From assembly GCA_000388065.2 (NCBI GenBank), contig KB932213.1: DNA of 17,692 nt; one strand, written 5' to 3'. Both the position numbers and the translations under genes were made by a program. This document shows positions 9,444 through 17,692 of the stretch, in pieces. This DNA is from Fonticula alba ATCC 38817. Taxonomy: Eukaryota; Protista; Nucleariida. The notes under the pieces are model-generated. The model saw only the letters and a list, made by a program, of their open reading frames with translations, made no database searches and was not told the origin of the DNA. How positions within the stretch are numbered: position 1 is the stretch's first letter; every line of letters starts with the position of its first letter.

Positions 9444-9612
9444 CCCGCGGGGGGGCGGGTGAGGGGGCGGCTCAAGTGCGCTGGTGTGCTGGCCGATCCC
9501 GGCGAGGGGAGAGAGCCAGCCGTCCTCCCGTGCCCGGACCCCGCCCTGTCTCGAGCCTCACGGCCGAGTGCCGGAGGGGGGGGGGGGAACCCGGAGGGCG
9601 GAAGTCAGGCCC

Positions 9613-12600
9613 TCACGGCTGCATGGCCGCCAGGGCAAGGCGCATCTCCTCGGCCGTGGGCCGGTCCAGGGGATCCTGGCTCCAGCCAGCCGACATGAGA
9701 GCCACCAGCTCGGTGATGGCGGCGACCGAGAATCCCGCACTCTGGAGGCTGCCCTCCAGGGTGCTGATACACGGGCGCTGGCCGGCGATGATGTGGCTGG
9801 CGATGGTGCCTTGCGGCTCGGTCTCCCATGGAACGGCCTTGGTGAAGAGCGACCACAACAGCACCGTAAAGGCATAGACATCCGACGGGAGGAGGACCTC
9901 GGTGGCAAGCACCGAGTGGGCCTGACTGGCGATCCAGATCTGCGGGAGCAGGGGGGGGGGGGGGGGGGACGGGGGCGAGGCCAGCCGGTGGGAGATGTGA
10001 GTGAGAGAGGCCGCCTGCGGCATGGATGTGTGTGTGTGTGGGACCAGCTCCATCGGGCAAAAGGGCGGGCAAAAGGGGCGGACGCGGCGGAGGAACACGG
10101 CAGGGACCCGCTGGTGGCCAGGGGCGCGCACCTCGGGCGAGGCAAAGGCCGCGGAAAAGGCATTGAAGTGCTCCTGCGCCAGGAGGACCGAGCTCTGCTG
10201 GTCCAGAGGCATGGACACGCCGAAATCGCCCACATACGGGGTCCAGAGGCCGGTGCCCGGGTCGAGGGACATCATGACATTGCCGGGCTTGATGTCGCGG
10301 TGGCCGATGTTCCGCTGGTGGATGGCCGCCAGGCCAGCAGCTAGGGGGCGAGGCGGCGGGGTCAAGGCGAGGCGGTGTGCGTGCGTGCGTGTGTGTGTGT
10401 GAGAGAGAGAGAGAGAGACAAGGAGAGAGGGGGAGGGGGAGGGAGTAGCAGGAGAAAGGGGACGAGAGTGGACGTACCAATGCCAGTTGCGATGGCCAGC
10501 TGCTGCTCCGGGGACAGGGGGATCTCGGCTCTGAGGAGCTCCTTGAGACAGGTGTCATAGAGGCGCATGGCGATCATTTGCGGGGCGTTGGCATAGCCAA
10601 CCAGCTGCACGACGTTCGGGGCGCCATTGAGAGCCCTGCGGGATTGGCGATTCCAGGGCGTAGGGCGCGGGGGCGGGAGACGGGGGGGAAGGGGGGGGGG
10701 GGAGTTGTTGGCATGCGGGTGAGAGGAGGGCAGGAAGAGAGCGAGAGAGAAAAGTGTGTGGGGAAGGGGGGGGGGGGTGCAGGGACGGAGAGGGAGGGAC
10801 AATGGGCGGCTGTGTGCGGGTGTTTGTGACGCGCCAGCCGCCAGCGCGCGCACACACGCCGGCAAACGGGAGACGGGAAACGGGAAGCGGCAAACGGGAA
10901 GAGGGTGGCGGGCGGCGCGAGCGAGGGGAACGCACCACATGATGGAAATCTCGCTTTCAAAGAGCGAGCGCATGCTTGGGGCGTCATCTGGCGTGGGGGG
11001 AGGAGGGGGAGAAGGCCGTGTGATCGGGCCGGGGGTCGTCAGTGAGGATGCCGGCTGGCGCGGCGCTCGACAGCCGGGCGGGAGGCTGCCAGATGGAGCA
11101 CACCGGGCGGCGGGACGCGTGGGGCCGACGTACGGAGAACCAGCTTGACGGCCAGCTTGTCGGTGCCAAGCGAGGCGACCAGGTCCGGCCGGAGGAGGGT
11201 CGCCTGGACGATGCTTCCCTGGCCGCCCTTGCCGACGTGGTCGCCGAGGCGCAGGTCCACATCCGGCGTCAGGAGCAGGAATCCGGGCAGGGCGATTTCT
11301 GTGCGGCGGCAGGCGCGCCCCGGGTCAGTGGCGTGCGATGAAAGGGGGCTTGTGCCCGGGAAATGGGCCGGGCCGTCGACCCGGGGGGGTGGGGGCACGG
11401 GAGCAGGGCCAGAAGGCAACGTACCGATGGCGGTGTTGAGGACGGTCTTGTCCAGGTCTGTGTGCGGCGCGCGGCACGGGTGTCAGGAAAGGGGGCGGGC
11501 TGTCGCGTGGGCATTGACCAGCAGGAGGGTGAGAGGGCATGGGAACGCACCGTCGACCGCCTGGACGAGGGGAAGGGGCCCGGGAATGGGAGGCGCCGTG
11601 GCGCGAGGCAGGGGCGGGGGGGGAGGAGCAGGTGAGCAAGGTGACCGGGATGATGTGCCTGGCGAGGCGCCAGGCCTTGTAGCTTGAGGCGTGGCAGGGG
11701 GGGGGGAGCCCGCCTGCCCTCCCTCGTGAGTGGGACGCACCGCGGGAGCGCCCTTGGCCGAGGCCCGGCGTCGGAGGCACACAAGCAGCAGGACAATCGC
11801 AATCAGGATGATCAGAACCAGGGGGATGGTCACGGCCAGGGCAAGGGTGGTGGAGCGGCCGCGGGCGGCTGCATGCCCGGGAGCGCGGGTAAGAGAGTAA
11901 GGGGCAGGCGAGGGAGGTGAGGACGAGAGGACAAAAGGACAAAAGGAAAAAAAGGAAAGCAGGACAACAGGACAAGAAGGGAAACAGCGCCCATGGCATG
12001 GGCAGGACACAACATGCACAATGACGGCGCAAAGGACACAGCGGGCGCGGAGGAGGCCGGGGGGGAGGGGGGGGGGTCACGTACCGCGCTCGCCCTCCTC
12101 CGAGAGGAGGGTACAATCGCTGACCAGCGGCCCGGTGCAAGCGACGCAGTGCTCATGACAGCCGGAGCAGGAGTCGGTGCTCAGGTCGGCAAAGGTCCCG
12201 GTCGGGCAGGCGCCGACACACTGGCCCGAGGCCGGCAGCACGAGGAAGCCCGAGGCGCACCGAGAGCAGGCGAGCTTGTCCCCGGCCGCCGAGGGCGACG
12301 GCTCGCAGCGCTCGCACTGGGGCCCGCAGGCGTGGCACTCGCCGCGCTTGGCGTCGGTCCAGAAGCCGGTCGACGGGCAGGCCGACAGACAGGTGCCATC
12401 CAGCAGCAGCCGACCGGCCGGGCAGGACAAGCAACAGGTGCCGGGGTCATCGCAGGCGCATGCCCGGCAGCCGGCCGGGCAGGCCCGGCACACCAGCAGC
12501 CCATCGGCCCCGGGGCCGGAGCCGGAGCCGGAGCCGCTCGGGCCCGGGCCGGCCACCGACGAGGGGCCATCCCCCGGGTGGCGGTCCAGCACGGGGAAGA

Positions 12601-15600
12601 GCCCCTCGCGGCAGGTGGCCACGCACATGCCCTCCTGCAGGTACAGCCCCTCGGCGCATCGGGTGCACTGGGCCCCAGGGCCGAGGCAGGCCGTGCAGCC
12701 GGCCGCGCAGTCGGTGCACCGGCTGGGGCTGTGCTCCTGGAAGGACCCCTCCGGGCAGGTGGCCACACAGGCCCCCCGATGGAGGAGCCCATCCCCCAGG
12801 CAGACGGTGCAGGTGCTGGGGCTGCCGGCGCATGCGCGGCATCCACTCAGGCAGGAGACGCACGTGCCGCCGCCGCCGCCGCCGCCGTCGGCCGTGGCCG
12901 TGGCCGTGGCCGTGGCCGTGGCGGCAGGGGCCCCGGCCGCCAGGCCGACCCACCCCTCGGAACAGCGGTCCACGCACCGGCCATGCTGCAGCCACCGGGC
13001 CCCGGCGCAGGAGGTGCACTGGGCGAAGGCGCCGCACTGGGCGCAGTCCGCGTGGCAGGCGAAGCACTCGGTGCCGAAGGCAAAGCTGGCCGCCGGGCAG
13101 GCGGCCACGCAGCCGGCCCGCACGCCGTCCGACATGCGCAGCAGGCCGGCCTGGCACTCGAAGCAATCGCCGGGGTTCGGCCCGGAGCACACGGCGCACC
13201 CCTCGGCGCAGGGCTCACACTGGAGGGTGAAGGGCGAGGCGAAGTGCCCGGCCGGGCAGCCCCGCAGGCACACCTCCTGACCGCCGGCCATGGCGGCCGG
13301 GGCCCGGAAGAAGGACACATTGCACCGGGTGCAGGCCCCGGCGTCGGTGTCGGAGCAGTCCCGGCAGTTGGCCGGGCAGGGGACACACGTGCGGGTCCCC
13401 TCGTCCGGCCGGAAGCCCAGCCCGCACACCAGCTCACACCGGCCGGCCATGAGCCGGAGCCCGGCCCGGCAGCGCTGGCAGCTATTCGGCCCGGAGCACA
13501 TCTCACACCCGTCGAGCGAGCAGCGCTGGCACACCCCGGTGCCCGGGGCCAGGTAGAAGCCGACCGAGCAATCGGCCCGGCAGGTGCCCTCCTCCAGGAG
13601 CCGGCCGCCGGAGCAGTCCCAGCAGTCGTGATCGGTCGGGCCGATGCACCGGCCGCAGGCCGCATCGCAAGCCTGGCACTGGCCGGTCTCCGGGTGGCGG
13701 AATTGCCGGGCCTCCGGGCAGCGGAAGTCGCACCGGCCCTGGAGCAGCTCGGTGCCGGGCTGCTGGCAGCTGGTGCACTCACTGGCCCCGGGCCCGGAGC
13801 ACTGGCCGCAGCTCGGGTGGCAGGGCCGGCATTCGCTTCCGGCCGTGTAGTACCCGGCGGCCGGGCAGGCATCGAGGCAGGCCCCGCCGAGGGCCAGCCG
13901 GCCGGCCTGGCAGCTGGAGCACTGGCTGGCCGTTTCGCAAGTCCGGCAATTGGCGGCACACGGCCGGCAGGTGCCGGTGGCCCGGTCCAGCCACTGGCCC
14001 GTGGCGCAGGAGGTACACTCCCGGGCCCCGGGCCCATCGCAAGTCAGGCAGGTCTCATGGCAGGCCATGCATGTGCGCTGGCCGGTGGCCGGGTCCGGCG
14101 CGCTGGGCACATAGCCCCCCGGGCAGGCGGCCATGCAGGCCCCGAAGAAGAGCGCATAGCCGTCCGGGCAGCCGGTGCAGTGGTCCACCGTGGTGGCGCA
14201 CGTCCGGCAGGGGGCCCGGCAGGGGGCACACCGGCCGGCGAGGGCCCCCTCGGCGGCCGGCACCAGCAGCCGCCCGGCCGGGCAGTCGGTGCAATCTTCG
14301 GACGTCGGCCCGACACAGGTGGCGCAGGACCCGGCGCAGGCGACACACTGCCCGGCATGGGGCCCGGTGCCGGGGTTCCAGCCGGCCGGGCAGGCGTCCA
14401 GGCACTGGCCCCCGTGGAGGACCCGGCCAGCCGGGCAGGCCAGGCAGCTGGCGGCCGACGGCCCGGCGCAGGTGGCGCACGAGGCGTCGCACGCCAGGCA
14501 GTGCCCGGCACTGGGGAAGAACCCGTCGGAGCAGGCCCCGACACATTGGCCGGCCTTCAGCAGCAGGGGCGCCCGGCAGGAGGTGCACTCGGCGGCCCCG
14601 GGCCCGGCACACTGGCCGCACGTGTCGTCGCATGGCAGGCAGTCCCGGCCACTGGCGCCGGCAAAGTACCCGGCGGAGCAGGAGGCCACGCAGGTGGTCC
14701 CCTGCAGGAGCCGGCCGGCCGGGCAGCCGGTGCAGGTCTGCCGCCCGGTGGCGCAGGTGGCGCAGTGGGCCAAGTCACAGGGCAGGCATTGGCCCTCGCT
14801 CGGGAAGAAGCCCCCGGAGCAGGCGGCCACACACCGGGCCACCTCCAGCAGCTGGCCGGCCGGGCAGGCGGTGCAGTTGCCGGCGCTGCCGCTGCAGGTC
14901 TTGCAGNNNNNNNNNNNNNNNNNNNNNNNNNNNNNNNNNNNNNNNNNNNNNNNNNNNNNNNNNNNNNNNNNNNNNNNNNNNNNNNNNNNNNNNNNNNNNN
15001 NNNNNNNNNNNNNNNNNNNNNNNNNNNNNNNNNNNNNNNNNNNNNNNNNNNNNNNNNNNNNNNNNNNNNNNNNNNNNNNNNNNNNNNNNNNNNNNNNNNN
15101 NNNNNNNNNNNNNNNNNNNNNNNNNNNNNNNNNNNNNNNNNNNNNNNNNNNNNNNNNNNNNNNNNNNNNNNNNNNNNNNNNNNNNNNNNNNNNNNNNNNN
15201 NNNNNNNNNNNNNNNNNNNNNNNNNNNNNNNNNNNNNNNNNNNNNNNNNNNNNNNNNNNNNNNNNNNNNNNNNNNNNNNNNNNNNNNNNNNNNNNNNNNN
15301 NNNNNNNNNNNNNNNNNNNNNNNNNNNNNNNNNNNNNNNNNNNNNNNNNNNNNNNNNNNNNNNNNNNNNNNNNNNNNNNNNNNNNNNNNNNNNNNNNNNN
15401 NNNNNNNNNNNNNNNNNNNNNNNNNNNNNNNNNNNNNNNNNNNNNNNNNNNNNNNNNNNNNNNNNNNNNNNNNNNNNNNNNNNNNNNNNNNNNNNNNNNN
15501 NNNNNNNNNNNNNNNNNNNNNNNNNNNNNNNNNNNNNNNNNNNNNNNNNNNNNNNNNNNNNNNNNNTGTCGCAGGCCACACAGGCCGTTCCATTGGAGAA

Positions 15601-17692
15601 CTGGCCGTCGGCGCAGTCGGACACACAGGCGCCGCCCTGCAGGTACTGGCCGGAGGGGCAGGAAGTGCAGTTGCCGGCGCTGCCGCTGCAGGTCTTGCAG
15701 GCGCTGCTGCAGGGCAGGCAGTTGGCCCCGCTCACGAAGTGGGTGCTGGCGCAGGCCGACACACAGGCGCTGCCCTGCAGGTACCGGTCAGTCGGGCAGG
15801 CGGTGCAGGCAGTGGCGCTGCCGGCGCAGGTCTTGCAGGCGCTGCTGCAGAGCAGGCAGCTGGTGCCACTTGCGAAGTGGGTACTTGAACAGGCCGACAC
15901 ACACTGGCCGGCCTCCAGCAGCTGACCGGATGGGCAGGAGGTGCAATTGCCGGCACTGGTGGCGCACGTGGCACAGTTGCTGCTGCAGGGCAGGCAGCTG
16001 GTCCCGCTCTGGAAGTGAGTGCTCGCACAGGAGGCCACGCAGGCGCCGCCCTGCAGGTACTGACCGGACGGGCAGGCGGTGCAGTTGCCGGCGCTGCCGC
16101 TGCAAGTGGCGCAGCTGGCATTGCAGGGCAGGCAGTTGCTGCCATTGGCATAGAAGCCGGCCGAGCAGGCGGCCACGCAGGCGCCGCCCTGCAGGTACTC
16201 GCCGGATGGGCAGCCGGTGCAGTTGCCGGCGCTGCCGCTGCAGGTCTTGCAGTTGGCATCGCAGGGTAGGCAGCTGCTGCCGCTCTGGAAGTGGGTGCTC
16301 GCACAGGCGGTCACGCAGGCGCTGCCCTGCAGGTACTGCCCGGCCGGGCAGGAAGTGCAGGCGGTGGCACTGCCGGCGCAGGTCTTGCAGGCGCTGCTAC
16401 AGGCCAGGCAGTTGCTGCCATTCAGGAAGTAGCCGGCCGAGCAGGCGGCCACGCAGGAGCCGCCCTGCAGGTACCGGCTGGAGGGGCAGCCGGTGCAGGT
16501 GGTGGCGCTGCCGGTGCATGTGGCGCAGCTGGCATTGCAGGCCAGGCAACTGGTGCCACTCGCATAGAAGCCGGCCGAGCAGCCACTCACACATCGGCCA
16601 GCNNNNNNNNNNNNNNNNNNNNNNNNNNNNNNNNNNNNNNNNNNNNNNNNNNNNNNNNNNNNNNNNNNNNNNNNNNNNNNNNNNNNNNNNNNNNNNNNNN
16701 NNNNNNNNNNNNNNNNNNNNNNNNNNNNNNNNNNNNNNNNNNNNNNNNNNNNNNNNNNNNNNNNNNNNNNNNNNNNNNNNNNNNNNNNNNNNNNNNNNNN
16801 NNNNNNNNNNNNNNNNNNNNNNNNNNNNNNNNNNNNNNNNNNNNNNNNNNNNNNNNNNNNNNNNNNNNNNNNNNNNNNNNNNNNNNNNNNNNNNNNNNNN
16901 NNNNNNNNNNNNNNNNNNNNNNNNNNNNNNNNNNNNNGTCGCAGGCCACACAGGCCGTTCCATTGGAGAACTGGCCGTCGGCGCAGTCGGACACACAGGC
17001 GCCGCCCTGCAGGTACTGGCCGGAGGGGCAGCTGGTGCAGTTGCCGGCGCTGGTGGCACACGTGGCACAGTTGTTGCTGCAGGGCAGACACTCGCTACCG
17101 CTCAGGAAACGGTTGCTCGCGCAGGCCGACACACAGGCGCTGCCCTGCAGGTACCGGCCATTCGGGCAGGCGGTGCAGGCGGTCGCACTGCCGGCGCAGG
17201 TCTTGCAGGCGCTGCTGCAGGCCAGACAGCTGCTGCCGCTCTGGAAGTAGCCGGCCGAACAGGACGCCACGCAGGCGCTGCCCTGCAGGTACCGGCCGGA
17301 GGGGCAGCTGGTGCAGTTATCGGCACTGGTGACACAGGTGGCACAGCTGCTGCCGCAGGCCAGGCAGCTGGTGCCACTCGCGAAGTGGGTACTTGAACAG
17401 GCCGACACACACTGGCCGGCCTCCAGCAGCTGACCGGATGGGCAGGAAGTGCAATTGCTGGCACTGGTGGCGCACGTGGCACAGTTGCTGCTGCAGGGCA
17501 GGCAGTTGCTGCCGCTCTGGAAGTGGGTGCTGGCGCAGGCGGTCACGCAGGCGCTGCCCTGCAGGTACCGGCCAGTTGGGCAGGCGGTGCAGGCAGTGGC
17601 GCTGCCGCTGCAAGTGGCGCAGCTGGCATTGCAGGCCAGGCAGCTGCTGCCGCTCTGGAAGTGGGTGCTGGCGCAGGCGGTCACGCAGGCGC
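9613..17692 (-). CDS. Giant single-pass receptor-like TKL-type protein kinase with furin-like Cys-rich repeat ectodomain, 5'-partial. Exons: >17692..(gaps)..12085, 11868..11551, 11457..11425, 11298..11134, 10987..10936, 10635..10478, 10340..10132, 9939..9613
   Basis: Manual splicing at seven GT-AG introns gives one continuous frame from 14906 to the TGA at 9615-9613: Cys-rich repeats, TM helix plus RRR, Pro-rich linker, IALPGFLLL, then GKGGQG, LAVK, ESEISIMW, HRDIKPGN, DFG, ASPE, SDVYAF and DRPT. Segments beyond the gaps encode the same repeat type on the same strand. About 1,950 aa are visible. Confidence 0.88.
9940..10131 (-). other. Kinase gene intron (192 nt, phase 0)
   Basis: GAG|GTGCGC donor, CTCAC motif, C-run, CAG acceptor; joins ASPE|IWIAS. 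Confidence 0.8.
10341..10477 (-). other. Kinase gene intron (137 nt, phase 1)
   Basis: GTACGT donor, (CT)n/(CA)n body, TTGAC motif, TAG acceptor; joins ATGI-A-AGLAAIHQ. Confidence 0.85.
10636..10935 (-). other. Kinase gene intron (300 nt, phase 2)
   Basis: GTGCGT donor, C-rich body, CAG acceptor; joins EISIM-W-ALNGAPNVVQLVG. Confidence 0.8.
10988..11133 (-). other. Kinase gene intron (146 nt, phase 1)
   Basis: GTACGT donor, CACTGAC motif, CAG acceptor; joins LAVKLVL-H-DAPSMRSLFESE. Confidence 0.8.
11299..11424 (-). other. Kinase gene intron (126 nt, phase 1)
   Basis: GTACGT donor, CACTGAC motif, CAG acceptor; joins NTAI-E-IALPGFLLL. Confidence 0.8.
11458..11550 (-). other. Kinase gene intron (93 nt, phase 1)
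   Basis: GTGCGT donor, CTGAC motif, CAG acceptor; removes the in-frame TGA that ends ORF 11483..12019. Confidence 0.75.
11774..11845 (-). other. Transmembrane helix of the receptor kinase
   Basis: LALAVTIPLVLIILIAIVLLLVCL (24 hydrophobic residues) followed directly by RRR, consistent with type I topology. Confidence 0.9.
11869..12084 (-). other. Kinase gene intron (216 nt, phase 1) between ectodomain and TM exon
   Basis: GTACGT donor, C-runs and CT-rich body, CTTAC motifs, CAG acceptor; joins SEEGER-A-ARGRSTT in frame. Confidence 0.8.
12085..14906 (-). repeat. Diverged furin-like Cys-rich repeats (~18 units, membrane-proximal ectodomain)
   Basis: Recurrent pattern CxxxC..CxxCxxxCxxC..CxxC in one uninterrupted ~2.8 kb frame, with variable loops and two low-complexity insertions. 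Confidence 0.9.
14907..15566. other. Assembly gap (660 N) within the repeat array
   Basis: Run of N between Cys-repeat coding segments. Confidence 0.95.
15567..17692 (-). repeat. Homogenised coding tandem array of 138-nt (46-aa, 8-Cys) furin-like units, interrupted by a gap
   Basis: Units such as SACVTACASTHFQSGSSCLACNASCATCSGSATACTACPTGRYLQG; about 13 visible full or partial units with near-identical DNA blocks. Confidence 0.92.
16603..16937. other. Assembly gap (335 N) within the repeat array
   Basis: Run of N between Cys-repeat coding segments. Confidence 0.95.

Larger units (their letters stand above)
9613..11298 (-). other. Protein kinase domain spread over five exons
   Basis: Gly loop, VAIK-type Lys, alphaC Glu, HRD-x-K-x-x-N catalytic loop, DFG, APE-like SPE and subdomain IX/XI motifs all present after splicing. 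Confidence 0.9.

Noticed and set aside
14907-16937. Frame changes across the two gaps as evidence of a pseudogene
   Set aside because: Gap lengths are scaffold estimates. They are roughly what a few more 138-nt units would occupy, and no stop is seen in the sequenced coding segments.
11993-17396. Long plus-strand ORFs (11993..15925, 12177..13280, 14175..17396 and others)
   Set aside because: Antisense shadows of the Cys-repeat CDS. High GC suppresses stops, several run through N gaps, and none has a recognisable domain.
15567-17692. Regularly spaced repeats as a CRISPR array or non-coding satellite
   Set aside because: Units are contiguous, a multiple of 3, vary mostly at non-Cys positions and encode an open frame. 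There are no unique spacers or cas genes, and the locus is eukaryotic.
12085-17692. Calling the gene a furin/PCSK proprotein convertase or an EGFR/insulin receptor orthologue
   Set aside because: No subtilisin or L domain is visible, and the catalytic loop HRDIKPGN is not the tyrosine-kinase HRDLAARN type. Only the repeat type is shared, and the N-terminus lies outside the window.
1-17692. tRNA, rRNA, transposon or viral sequences
   Set aside because: No cloverleaf, rRNA-like segment, terminal repeats, or transposase/RT motifs recognised by eye; the gaps cannot be assessed.

Overview
Very GC-rich eukaryotic genomic DNA with spliceosomal introns (GTRCGY donors, CTGAC/CTCAC/CTTAC/TTGAC branch-like motifs, YAG acceptors) and three N-gaps. 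The style resembles a unicellular opisthokont such as Fonticula, but this is an inference from memory of similar furin-repeat kinase families and was not verified. Three genes are supported. (1) On +, a low-complexity-rich LRR protein (343..) very probably splices to the downstream ORF (..5828). The joined product would be a ~1,650-1,710 aa LRR + BC-box-like + CxxC/CxxH protein resembling the LRRC58 architecture. (2) On -, a two-exon mitochondrial arginine methyltransferase NDUFAF7/MidA (8805..6566) carries an unusual G-to-D change in the SAM-binding loop. (3) On -, a 5'-truncated giant single-pass receptor-like kinase (>17692..9613) has ~30 visible furin-like Cys-rich repeats, one TM helix and a TKL-type kinase domain reconstructed from short exons across 7 introns. 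Its membrane-distal repeats form a homogenised, mosaic 138-nt tandem array. Most other ORFs in the track are GC-driven shadow frames, and the track counts GTG/TTG/CTG as starts. No RNA genes, CRISPR arrays or mobile elements were recognised.
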